64,000 bases of DNA from Robiginitomaculum sp. (GTDB taxonomy: Bacteria > Pseudomonadota > Alphaproteobacteria > Caulobacterales > Maricaulaceae): positions 39,084-103,083 of the forward strand of contig JAJFFS010000006.1 of assembly GCA_021776515.1 (NCBI GenBank), given 5' to 3'. The notes beneath the pieces are model-generated. The model had not been told where the DNA came from. It searched no databases and saw nothing but the letters and a program-made list of their open reading frames with translations. A program made the position numbers and the translations under genes. Positions 50,372-60,900 of this stretch are shown here, one piece after another (positions within the stretch are counted from its first letter, which is position 1; every line of letters begins with the position of its first letter).

Positions 50372-51871
50372 TTACTTCTTCGCGGCGGGTTTTTTAGCAG
50401 CAGCCTTTTTCGCTGGAGCTTTTTTCGCAGCAGGTTTCTTCGCCGGTGCCTTTTTGGCTGCGGGTTTTTTAGCAGCCGCTTTTTTTGCAGGGGCCTTTTT
50501 CTTGGCGGCTGGCTTTTTCTTAGGTGCCGCGCCCGGTGCATCATCGTCGGCGTAAAGCTCGTCACGGCTCACTTCGACATCGGTGACCTTGGCAAGTTCC
50601 AGGATGTAATCAACAACTTTTTCTTCAAAGATAGGCGCACGCAGGCGGGCCTGAGCTTCCTGATTTTTCTGGAAATACTCGGCAATCTCTTTTTCCTGAC
50701 CGGGATAGCGCATGGCTTCGGCATTGACGGCGCGGGCCAGTTCCTCAGCAGCAACATTGATATTGGCACCCTGACCAATTTCCGCCAGAACCAGACCAAG
50801 GCGTACACGGCGCATGGCAATTTCGCGGTATTCGCCTTTCAGATCGTCTTCGGACTTGCCCTTGTCTTCTTCATCAACATTGCCAGCCTTTACGTCGGCT
50901 TCAACCTGTTGCCAGATTACGGAAAATTCGGCTTCGACCATATTGCCTGGCAGGTCAAAATCATGCTCGGCATCCAGCGCATCCAGTAGGCGGCGTTTGG
51001 CGCGGTTGCGTGACTGGGCCTTGTGTTCAGACTCAAGGCTTTTGACGATGGCATCGCGCAAGGCGTCGAGATTTTCCATGCCCAGCTTTTTGGCAAATTC
51101 ATCATCGATAACAGTATCAACCGGCTTTTTGACGGTTTTGACCGTTGTTTCAAATTCGGCGTCCTTGCCGGCCAATGCTTCGGCCTGATAATCTGCCGGG
51201 AAGGTGACTTTCAGTACTTTTTCATCACCAGCCTTAACGCCGGTTAGCTGTTCCTCAAAGCCCGGGATAAATTGCCCCGCACCAATAACAACTTGCGCAT
51301 CTTCGGCGGCGCCGCCTTCAAAGGCTTCACCATCGATGCGGCCAACAAAGTCTATGATTACCGCATCGCCTTCAACGGCCTTGGATTTAGCGCTTTTGTC
51401 TTCATAGGACTTTTGGCTATCTGCCAAATTACTTAGCGACTTTTCAATTTCCTCATCAGAGACCTTTGCCGTTGGGCGCTCTATGCTCAACTTGGCCGGA
51501 TCTGCCGGGGTAAAGGTTGGCATGATGTCCACGTGCATGTGAAACGCCAGATCAGCTTTACCGGCAATCACGTCTTCTGCCTCGTTCTCCATGTGAAAAT
51601 GCGGCTGACCAGCTGGCTTGATGTTATTATCGTTCAGCGCTTTTTCACTGGCTTCATTCATGGTGCCTTCGACAATTTCACCCATCATGGACTTGCCAAA
51701 CATACGCTTGATATGCGCTGCCGGCACCTTGCCCGGGCGGAACCCTTTAAGGGTTACTTGTGGCTGCACTTCGGCAATCTTGGCATCTAGCCGCTCGCTC
51801 AATTCCGATATCGGAACAATAATATCATAAGAATGGCTGAGGCCCTCGGCCTTGGTCTGGGTAACTTGCAT
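50372..51871 (-). CDS. tig: trigger factor with C-terminal Lys/Ala/Pro-rich tail
   Basis: The track ORF starts at 51913. MQVTQTKAEGLSHSY at 51871 is the canonical Tig N-terminus, and the GFRPGKVP signature is present. The last roughly 55 aa are (A/P)AKK repeats. Confidence 0.93.
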   Translation of the reverse strand: MQVTQTKAEGLSHSYDIIVPISELSERLDAKIAEVQPQVTLKGFRPGKVPAAHIKRMFGKSMMGEIVEGTMNEASEKALNDNNIKPAGQPHFHMENEAEDVIAGKADLAFHMHVDIMPTFTPADPAKLSIERPTAKVSDEEIEKSLSNLADSQKSYEDKSAKSKAVEGDAVIIDFVGRIDGEAFEGGAAEDAQVVIGAGQFIPGFEEQLTGVKAGDEKVLKVTFPADYQAEALAGKDAEFETTVKTVKKPVDTVIDDEFAKKLGMENLDALRDAIVKSLESEHKAQSRNRAKRRLLDALDAEHDFDLPGNMVEAEFSVIWQQVEADVKAGNVDEEDKGKSEDDLKGEYREIAMRRVRLGLVLAEIGQGANINVAAEELARAVNAEAMRYPGQEKEIAEYFQKNQEAQARLRAPIFEEKVVDYILELAKVTDVEVSRDELYADDDAPGAAPKKKPAAKKKAPAKKAAAKKPAAKKAPAKKPAAKKAPAKKAAAKKPAAKK

Positions 51872-52007
51872 GGTTTTATCCGGTCTCTTGTACACCCTAT
51901 CAGGCGTCTTCATTATATCTGGCCTTGTGCGGCGCAGCGCGCCTTATGTCATGAGTGCCGCCCGCACGCAACGCCCCCAAGACATTATATTGCAACACAA
52001 AAGCGCC

Positions 52008-52092
<85 letters not shown>

Positions 52093-52167
52093 ATTTCCAG
52101 GTGCATTTGTCTGCGGCGCCGGTCTTACTGCCTTGACGGATGAGAAGCAACGGACCATCTGATAAAG

Positions 52168-52782
52168 ATGAGTGAAAATACTGACCAAAAAGCACCTTTA
52201 GAGCACGCCCCGGACTGGCAGCTCCGTTATGATGAATGCTCCACCCGCTGGGAGCGCGAAGGAATAAACCCTGCGTTCTTGCACTGGCAGGGTGCGGGAT
52301 GCTTTGCAGGGCTTGAAAGCGTGATAGTACCCGGCTGTGGCCGTTCACCCGAACCTCTGGCTTTTGCCCGCCTTGGCGCACATGTCTCTGCGCTGGATTT
52401 TGCGGCCAGCGCCGTCGTGTTTCAAAAACAGGCCTTTGAAACTGCAGGACTTGGCGCACAGATTGATGAGGTTGATGTATTGAACTGGCAACCCAACACA
52501 CCTGTGGATGCCCTCTATGACCAGACATGCCTGTGCGCATTGACCCCGGAGGTATGGCCAGACTACGTCCGGAAAATCCATAGTTGGCTAAAGCCCGGTG
52601 GGCGCGCCTTTATGCTATTTATGCAAACCGGCAAGGAAGGCGGGCCACCGTTTCACAGCCCGCTGGAAACCATGCATGAACTTTTTGATGATTCGCTATG
52701 GGTATGGCCAGATGAGCCATATTTTCGCGCTGATCATAGCAATGAGAAGTTTGAACTGGGTGTTATGCTAACGCGACGCTAA
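52168..52782 (+). CDS. SAM-dependent methyltransferase, TPMT-like (thiopurine/thiol/halide methyltransferase family)
   Basis: 204 aa. W-x-x-R-Y...RWERE, the VPGCGRS SAM-binding loop, YDQTCLCALTPEVW and GGPPFHSP all fit the TPMT family pattern. Confidence 0.6.
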   Translation: MSENTDQKAPLEHAPDWQLRYDECSTRWEREGINPAFLHWQGAGCFAGLESVIVPGCGRSPEPLAFARLGAHVSALDFAASAVVFQKQAFETAGLGAQIDEVDVLNWQPNTPVDALYDQTCLCALTPEVWPDYVRKIHSWLKPGGRAFMLFMQTGKEGGPPFHSPLETMHELFDDSLWVWPDEPYFRADHSNEKFELGVMLTRR

Positions 52783-54173
52783 GTCTTTTTCTTCGGTCGT
52801 GCCAGCATGGGTGCGCGGCGCACCCAGAACCAGACAACAATCCCGGATATGACGTTAGCAAAAGCCATAGCCGCCACCGCACCGACAACACCAAAATAAT
52901 GCCCGCCTACCCATGCACCAAAGGACGAGAGAATGATTGAACGTCCAAATGACATGATCAGGCCCGGAAAAGGCCGACCCAACGCATTAAACCCGGCAGC
53001 ACTGACGATAACAATGCCATAGCCAGCCGCTGTCAGCGGCACAACCATCAGAAAAAGACGGCTGACAGCCACCACGTCCGGGTCGCTTGAGAACACCCTC
53101 GCAATAATTCCTGCCATGATAAAAAGTGTTATGCCGGTAAAAGCTGTCCACATAAACACAATGCGATAAGATACGTTAAAAGCTTCGCGCACACGCGCTG
53201 TGTTTCCCGCACCACCATTTTGCCCGGTTATCGGGCCAATGGACGCCGACAACGCCAATAGCGGTATGGCAAACAGAAATTCGATGCGACCCGCCACGCC
53301 AAGTCCGGCCACTGCCGCCGTGCCAAAACTGGCAAATACGGCGGTGATAATAGCCATGGATATGGGGTTAATCATATTGGTGCCAACCGCCGGCAAGCCA
53401 ATGCGCAAAACCTCGCCCCAGGATTCGCGTAATTCGGCCCAGGGGGGAATGTGCAACAAGATCAGTTTTTCCCGGTGCACCATAATCCAGCCCATAACCA
53501 CAACTGCCGTTACATTGGAAAGCACCGTGGCCAGCGCCGCGCCCGCCAGTTCCATGCGCGGGAATGGCCCAATGCCAAAGATCAAAAACGGGTCCAGAAT
53601 AAGATTGATTACTGCACCGGCAACCATGGTTATGCCCGGTAAACGCGCATCCCCAAGCGCCCGCAAAAGATTACCCGCCACCATAGGGCCAACTATAAAA
53701 GCCGAGCCAATGAAGGAGATATGCATATAAGCGCGAATGCCCGGCATCAGTTCTGGTGGGGCCCTTAACAGAGTAAAGAGCGGATCAACGCTAAGCCAGC
53801 CAACCACGGATACTACCGCTACGATCAGTACCGCCAGAAGAAGTGCATCGGTGACCAGCCGCGCCATGTGATCACGATTACCCTCGCCAGCGGCGCGAGA
53901 CACCACCGAACTGGCCCCGATCCCGAGCCCTATGGAGAGACTTTGCAAGGCAAATACCACAGGTACACAAAAACTGATCGCTGCCAATGCCACCGTACCC
54001 AGGCGACTAATATACCAGGTATCTACAACCGCCGCCGACATCACAGCGACAATCCCAATGGTCATGGGAATGCCCAGGCGCAGCAAATGATCCATGATCG
54101 GCCCTTGGGTCAGATCGCGCTTTTTGCGGGCATGAGCTTGTTTATCTTCACTATTCATAGGGGGCGGGGCCAA
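52779..54173 (-). CDS. MATE-family efflux transporter
   Basis: 464 aa with 12 TM helices. The N-terminal DLTQGPIMDHLLRLGIPMTIG is typical of MATE/NorM proteins. Confidence 0.85.
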   Translation of the reverse strand: MAPPPMNSEDKQAHARKKRDLTQGPIMDHLLRLGIPMTIGIVAVMSAAVVDTWYISRLGTVALAAISFCVPVVFALQSLSIGLGIGASSVVSRAAGEGNRDHMARLVTDALLLAVLIVAVVSVVGWLSVDPLFTLLRAPPELMPGIRAYMHISFIGSAFIVGPMVAGNLLRALGDARLPGITMVAGAVINLILDPFLIFGIGPFPRMELAGAALATVLSNVTAVVVMGWIMVHREKLILLHIPPWAELRESWGEVLRIGLPAVGTNMINPISMAIITAVFASFGTAAVAGLGVAGRIEFLFAIPLLALSASIGPITGQNGGAGNTARVREAFNVSYRIVFMWTAFTGITLFIMAGIIARVFSSDPDVVAVSRLFLMVVPLTAAGYGIVIVSAAGFNALGRPFPGLIMSFGRSIILSSFGAWVGGHYFGVVGAVAAMAFANVISGIVVWFWVRRAPMLARPKKKT

Positions 54174-54254
54174 AATTCATCACAATTACAAATCGAGCAC
54201 CGCGTTTAGGCCGCGCGGGGCGTTAACGCCAGCCCCAAATCTGCATGACAGACC

Positions 54255-55718
54255 TCACAATTGCGTTTGCAAAACTTCTGGCAGTGCCCGCGTGAGATCA
54301 CCGGCAATGAGGCCGCGTCCACACAATGCACCAGCCGCGCCGTGCAGCCAAACACCGCAAACTGCCGCCTCAAACCCGGTTACACCCTGCGCCAGCAAGG
54401 CACCGATAATTCCCGCCAGCACATCGCCAGAGCCCGCAGTTGCCAGATAGGCACAAGCATTGGTGTTCACGTAAACGCACCCGTCCGGCGCAGCAATAAC
54501 GCTGTCCGGGCCTTTTAAAACAACTACACAATTTGCACGCTCTGCCGCTGCACGTACACGCTCTACCTTGCTAGCCGCGCGATCCGCCAGATCGGGGAAC
54601 AGCCGCGCAAATTCTCCCTCATGCGGGGTCAACACGCAGGTTTCATTCAGCTGTGCAAATAACAGATCCGGCGCATCGGCAAACGCACTGAGGCCGTCTG
54701 CGTCCAGGGCCAGGGCAATATTTGCACTGCGCAACGCCCCCACATCTTCGCGCATGGCCTTGTCCACCCCACCAGCCGGGCCAATCACTGCCGCCCCCAC
54801 ACGCATTTTGCGTAAGTGAGGACCAAGCGCACGGCCCTTTATGCGACGGGCAACCATCACCTCGGTCTCATGGGTGGCACAAACCTGGGCGGCATCATCA
54901 TCAGCCAGCAACGTCACCAGACCGGCACCGGCACGTAACCCTGCCCGCGCCGCCAGCCGCGCCGCGCCGGTACTAAGAGCATCACCGCACCGCACCAGCA
55001 AATGCCCGCGTGTGTGCTTGTGCGCTATAATCGAAGGTGTAGGCGGCAGATCTGGCCATAAAGTGGGATTGTTTTCAAATACAGTCGGCCTGATAGTGTC
55101 CAGCACATCAACCGGAATACCTATATCTGCCACAGTAATTACGCCGCAAGCCGCACAGGCCGGTTGCAAGACATGGGCTGTTTTTTTGCGAAAAAATGTC
55201 ACCGTTTCATCGGCACGAACGTGCGGCCCGGACATCGCCCCGTTATCCCCAAAAACACCCGAGGGCAGGTCGGCGCTAACGACATACGAATCAGATTCAT
55301 TAATCGCCGTAACCAGTGTTGCGGCATCCCCCTCCAGCACCCGGCTTAACCCCGCCCCAAAAAGCGCATCAATGATCATGCCATTTTTCTCGATTGCCGC
55401 CGCTGTTGCGGGGGTAGTGGAGCCATTCCAGTCCTTATAGGCACGTTGGGCATCGCCGGTCAGTTTGTCAGGATCACCAAGACAAAACACTGCCACATCC
55501 CGGCCCGCCTCTCGTAACACCTTTGCCGCCACATATCCGTCACCACCATTGGCACCGGGCCCGCATAAAACTTGCACTTGCACGCACGTTTTTGCTGCCA
55601 TTACCGCCTGCGCCAGTGCTGCCCCCGCGCGCAGCATCAAATCATAGCTCTCTATGCCAGCTTTGGCGGCCAGTTGGTCGGCCTCATAGGCTTGCGCAAT
55701 GGTAAGAATATCATTCAT
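54255..55718 (-). CDS. nnr: bifunctional NAD(P)H-hydrate epimerase / ADP-dependent dehydratase
   Basis: 487 aa. The N-terminal YjeF_N region (VLCGPGANGGDGYVAA) and the C-terminal carbohydrate-kinase-like region (GSGDVLAGIIGALLAQG) are both present. Confidence 0.85.
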   Translation of the reverse strand: MNDILTIAQAYEADQLAAKAGIESYDLMLRAGAALAQAVMAAKTCVQVQVLCGPGANGGDGYVAAKVLREAGRDVAVFCLGDPDKLTGDAQRAYKDWNGSTTPATAAAIEKNGMIIDALFGAGLSRVLEGDAATLVTAINESDSYVVSADLPSGVFGDNGAMSGPHVRADETVTFFRKKTAHVLQPACAACGVITVADIGIPVDVLDTIRPTVFENNPTLWPDLPPTPSIIAHKHTRGHLLVRCGDALSTGAARLAARAGLRAGAGLVTLLADDDAAQVCATHETEVMVARRIKGRALGPHLRKMRVGAAVIGPAGGVDKAMREDVGALRSANIALALDADGLSAFADAPDLLFAQLNETCVLTPHEGEFARLFPDLADRAASKVERVRAAAERANCVVVLKGPDSVIAAPDGCVYVNTNACAYLATAGSGDVLAGIIGALLAQGVTGFEAAVCGVWLHGAAGALCGRGLIAGDLTRALPEVLQTQL

Positions 55719-55749
55719 ACAATTTTCCTTGCCTTGTTATTAAGCATTG

Positions 55750-55770
55750 TCTGCCTAATAATTAGGCAGA
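55750..55770. promoter_or_regulatory. 21-bp perfect palindrome in the nnr/glnB divergent region
   Basis: tctgcctaat-a-attaggcaga. It lies 32 nt upstream of the nnr ATG and 118 nt upstream of the glnB ATG. Confidence 0.3.
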
Positions 55771-55878
55771 TAATGCAAATTCTGTCCATATATCATGTCG
55801 GACTTGCCAAGACACGTCGCAAGACAAAGAAAGACGCAACATTCCATGGACCAGACTCAATGTAGGCTCCCGGCATAG

Positions 55879-56226
<348 letters not shown>

Positions 56227-56278
56227 AAACCCCTTACCTCCAATAACTCCCCACAGAATACATAACAGGAACAATAAA

Positions 56279-57682
56279 ATGGCCGATAAACTTCTTAAAA
56301 AAATCAAGGATGAGAACATTCGCTATGTGGACCTGCGGTTTTCCGATCCTTGCGGTAAACTGCACCATGTCACATTTGACAGCTCCATGGTTGATGAAGA
56401 TTTCTTTGAAGATGGCACCATGTTTGACGGCTCCTCCATCGGCGGCTGGAAGGCCATTAATGATTCTGACATGGTGCTGATGCCCGACGTCAGCACAGCC
56501 CGTATTGACCCGTTCTATCAGGACGAAACCCTGACCATTATGTGCGACATACTGGAGCCGGGCACCATGACGCCTTATGGGCGCGACCCACGCTCATCGG
56601 CCAAAAAGGCAGAGAATTATTTACAGGCCTCCGGTGCCGGCGACACTGCCTTTTTTGGCCCCGAAGCCGAGTTTTTCATCTTTGATGACGTGCGCTGGAA
56701 CACGCAGGCGCACAATACCGGCTATTCATTTGATTCGAGCGAACTGCCGGCCAATTCCGGCAAGGGTTATGAGTACGGCAATCTGGGCCACCGCCCGGGG
56801 CCAGGCGGCGGATACTTCCCCGTTCCGCCCGTCGATTCAGAGCAAAACATGCGCACAGAAATGCTCTCCGTGATGACCAAACTGGGCCTGGAGCCGGAAA
56901 AACACCACCACGAAGTGGCCCCGGCGCAGCACGAACTGGGCATGAAATTTTCCACCCTTGTGGAGATGGCCGACCGCCTGCAGCTCTACAAATACGTTGT
57001 CCATAATGTTGCCGCCGCCTATGGCAAAACCGCGACCTTCATGCCTAAACCTTATGTTGGTGATAACGGTTCAGGCATGCACGTGCACCAATCGCTCTGG
57101 CGCGATGGCAAGCCGCTTTTTGCTGGTGATCGCTATGCGGACTTATCGCAAACCTGCCTCTATTACATTGGCGGCATTATCAAGCACGCCCGTGCCATCA
57201 ATGCCTTTGCCAATGCCTCGACCAATTCATACAAGCGCCTGGTGCCGGGCTTTGAGGCACCGGTATTGCTGGCCTATTCGGCGCGCAATCGCTCGGCCTC
57301 CATCCGCATCCCCTACTCTACTTCGCCCAAGGCAAAACGGCTGGAAACCCGCTTTCCTGATGCCGTTGGCAATCCGTACCTGACCTTTACGGCGCTGCTG
57401 ATGGCCGGCCTTGACGGGATTGAGAACAAAATCGACCCCGGCGATGCCATGGACAAGGACTTGTACGATCTGCCCCCGGCCGAGTTGCAAAACGTGCCGC
57501 ATGTTTGCGCCAATTTACGCGAAGCCCTGGATGCGCTTAGAGACAATCATGACTTCCTGCTGAAAGGCGATGTGATGAGCAAGGATCAGATCGAGGCCTA
57601 TATTGATCTGAAAATGGGCGAGGTCACCCGGCTGGAAATGCACCCTCACCCGGTCGAGTTTGATATGTATTATTCCAGCTAG
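56279..57682 (+). CDS. glnA: type I glutamine synthetase
   Basis: The track ORF (56069) overlaps glnB in another frame. The true start is [21 protein letters not shown] at 56279. Motifs [20 protein letters not shown] and [14 protein letters not shown] are present, together with the adenylylation-site context DKDLYDLPP. Confidence 0.96.
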   Translation: MADKLLKKIKDENIRYVDLRFSDPCGKLHHVTFDSSMVDEDFFEDGTMFDGSSIGGWKAINDSDMVLMPDVSTARIDPFYQDETLTIMCDILEPGTMTPYGRDPRSSAKKAENYLQASGAGDTAFFGPEAEFFIFDDVRWNTQAHNTGYSFDSSELPANSGKGYEYGNLGHRPGPGGGYFPVPPVDSEQNMRTEMLSVMTKLGLEPEKHHHEVAPAQHELGMKFSTLVEMADRLQLYKYVVHNVAAAYGKTATFMPKPYVGDNGSGMHVHQSLWRDGKPLFAGDRYADLSQTCLYYIGGIIKHARAINAFANASTNSYKRLVPGFEAPVLLAYSARNRSASIRIPYSTSPKAKRLETRFPDAVGNPYLTFTALLMAGLDGIENKIDPGDAMDKDLYDLPPAELQNVPHVCANLREALDALRDNHDFLLKGDVMSKDQIEAYIDLKMGEVTRLEMHPHPVEFDMYYSS

Positions 57683-57962
57683 GCCGCGATTATTTGAACG
57701 CAACACGTCGTCGCCATTTGGCCCCTTTACCTTGTCATTGCCGGGCTTGCCGCGGCAATCAAATGATGCGTTCACCTCCTCTGTTAAACATGTTTAGGTA
57801 AATAAAATGTAGTTATAAATATAATTAGCATCAGCATCACGAATAGTAAAAAAAATTTACCATAATGTTTACATCTCTAACTAACATTGTTAAGTGCACT
57901 TTATAGCGCATCGGGGATTCTTCCCTTTAGGTAATTTTTTAGTATTTTCGGGGGAATGTGAC

Positions 57963-60900
57963 ATGCCTTGTCTGATGAAGTTCTGTAAGCAAAACGCACC
58001 ATACTTTAGGGTTTTTTGCCAATACACCAACATTTCGGCAGCTAACATTCACAGATTACGCCTGTTAATCGCAACTATTGGCTTCAGTTTACTGACCATG
58101 TTGCTCATCGTTCCGAGCACTGCCTCGGCGCAAATTACATTGATCAATGTGGATAGTGTTACTGACGACGCCGCACTGCAACTTAATGGCGCGAAGTCCG
58201 TCACCACAGCCGTTGTTGGCGGCGCGACCTTTCTGTTTGCTGCTGGTCGACTTGATGATGGTGTCAGCGTATTTATGGTGGATGCTGGTGGTCAGTTAGC
58301 CAATGTGGTTAATGTCACTGACGACGCCACGCTGCAACTTAGAGACGCTGCCTCTGTCACCACAGCCGTTATTGACAGCACAACCTATCTGTTTGTTGCT
58401 GGTGAACTTGATGATGGCGTCAGCGTATTTAAGGTGGGTGCTGGCGCTCAGTTAACTAATGTGGATAATGTCACTGACGATGCCACGCTGGAACTTAATG
58501 GCGCCAGCTCCGTCACCACAGCCGTTGTTAGCGGCGCGACCTATCTGTTTGTTGCTGGTAGATTTGATAATGGTGTCAGCGTATTTAAGGTGGATGCTAG
58601 TGGTCAGTTAAGCAATGTGGATAATGTCACTGACGCAGGTGCGCTGGAACTTAATGGCGCTGCCTCTGTCACCACAGCCGTTATTGGCGGCGCGACCTAT
58701 CTATTTGTTGCTAGTGAATCTGATCTTGGTGTCAGCGTATTTAAGGTGGCTGATGGCGGTCTGTTAACCAATGTGGATAATGTCACTGACGATGCCACGC
58801 TGCAACTTGATGGCGCACGGTCCGTCACCACAGCCGTTATTGGCGGCACGGCTTATCTGTTTGTTGCTAGTGAACTTGATGATGGTGTCAGCGTATTTAA
58901 GGTGGATGCTAGTGGCCAGTTAAGCAATGTGGATAATGTCACTGACGCAGGTGCGCTGGAACTTAATGGCGCTGCCTCTGTCACCACAGCCGTTATTGGC
59001 GGCGCGACCTATCTGTTTGTTGCTAGTGATCTTGATCATGGTGTCAGCGTATTTGAGGTGGATGATGGTGGTCTGTTAACCAATGTGGATAATGTCTCTA
59101 ACGGCGGAACACTGGATCTTCTTGGCGCGGCCTCTGTCACCACAGCCGTTATTGGCGGGACCACCTATTTATTTGTTGCTAGTCGCTTTGATGATAATAT
59201 CAACGTGTTTTCTGCTGCTCCTGCCCCGGAGATGGATGTATCGGGCATGGAAGTTTCCATTACTGATGGGGACGCAAGCCCCAGTGCGGCGGATGATACC
59301 GATTTTGGCGCTGTGGCGCTCACCGGGGGCAGCAATGCCAATACCTTCGCCATCACTAATTCCGGCGATGCGGTGCTAAACCTCACCGGCACACCCCGTG
59401 TGGTTATTGGCGGCACCAATGCGGGCGACTTCACCCTGACCACGGATGCGGCCGCCAGTGTTGCGGCGGCGGGTGGTAAAACAACCTTTACCATCACTTT
59501 TGACCCCGGTGCCAATGGTCTGCGTACCGCAACGGTCAGCATTGCCAATGATGATGCGGATGAAAACCCCTATAACTTTAATATTGCCGGTACCGGCATA
59601 AATACGTCCCCCACCGGCGCGGTGCTGATCACCGGCACGGCAACACAAGGCCAGACGCTCACCGCCGATGCCTCTGGCGTGGCCGATGCAGACGGGCTGG
59701 GCGCGTTCAGCTTTCAATGGCGTGCCAATGGCACCAACATTGCCGGGGCGACAGCCTCAACCTACCCTCTGACCCAAGCCGAAGTCGGCAAGACCATTGA
59801 TGTGGTTGTTTCCTACACCGATGGCGGCAGCACGGCGGAGTCTGTTACCTCCGCAGCCACAGGGGCCGTCATTGGTACCTTCACCCTGACGGCAGGCAAG
59901 ACCGGCCTTGGTACAGGTACTCTGAGTAGTGCACCGGCGGGTATTAATTGCGGTGTGGATTGTACAGAAATCTTTAATGACGGCACGAGTGTTACCCTAA
60001 ACCATGCTGCTGATGCCGGTGCGGTGTTTACATCGTGGAGTGGTGACTGCACCGGTTCCGGAGCCTGTGTTGTTACCATGGATCAGGCCCGTAATGTCAG
60101 CGCCCGTTTCGAGCTGAGCGCTCCTGGGGCCACAACACTATTTTCCGCGGTGTTGCCTTCGGCACGGTCCGGGTTTTTCCCCGGAGGTTCACCCATCACC
60201 GTGTTTGCTTCGGTCATCAATGCCGGGGGTAATCCGGCACAAAGCTGTGTGGTCAGCATTCCGGCAGGTTCACCGGTGACGTTAAGTTATCAGGAAACCG
60301 ATGCCACCAATGCCCCCACAGGTCCGGCTGATATACCCTTTGACATTGCCTCCGGGCAGGCGAGATCGTTTGTTCTGGCGTTTACCCCTGTCGCCACCAG
60401 TGCCGGCGAAGATGTGTTCCCCGACTTTGTTTGCGATAATGCCAATGTCGATGCCATACCCGGGGTGAATACGGTGTTCCTGACCATTGAGAGCGCTGAA
60501 GGTCCGGACATTTTGTCCATCGGGGCTACCCCGTCTGCTGACGGGATTATCAATGTGCCCTCAGGCAGTATCGGCTTTATGACCGCTTCGGCGATTAATA
60601 TCGGTATTGGTGATGCCCCTGGTTCGGCTGATACAGCCGTTACCGTATCGGCAGATACCGGCGCGGCAGCACTGCCTCTGTTATTGCAGCTTTGTGAAAC
60701 CGATGCGGCCTCGACCTGCATCACCCCGCTGGGTACCGATCCGATCAATACGGTGATCGGTGACACGCCCAGCTTCTTTGCCCTGTTTGTAACCGATCAG
60801 TCGGACGGTGCCGGTGTGGCGCTGGATCCGGCCAATGCGCGCAGCTTTTTACGCTTTGCCAGCCCCGGTGGCACGGCACGCTCTGTCACCTCTGCGGCGG

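Noticed and set aside
50285-50989. A 234-aa plus-strand ORF with an F/G/R/L-rich repetitive sequence, plus the 66-aa ORF at 50355-50555.
   Set aside because: It is the antisense shadow of the AKKP-repeat tail and C-terminal part of tig. The tig reading frame has unmistakable homology.
58140-59215. A regularly spaced repeat array that could be mistaken for CRISPR.
   Set aside because: The period is 156 nt with no unique spacers. The units are in frame inside a long ORF and translate to a conserved 52-aa protein repeat. No cas genes are present.
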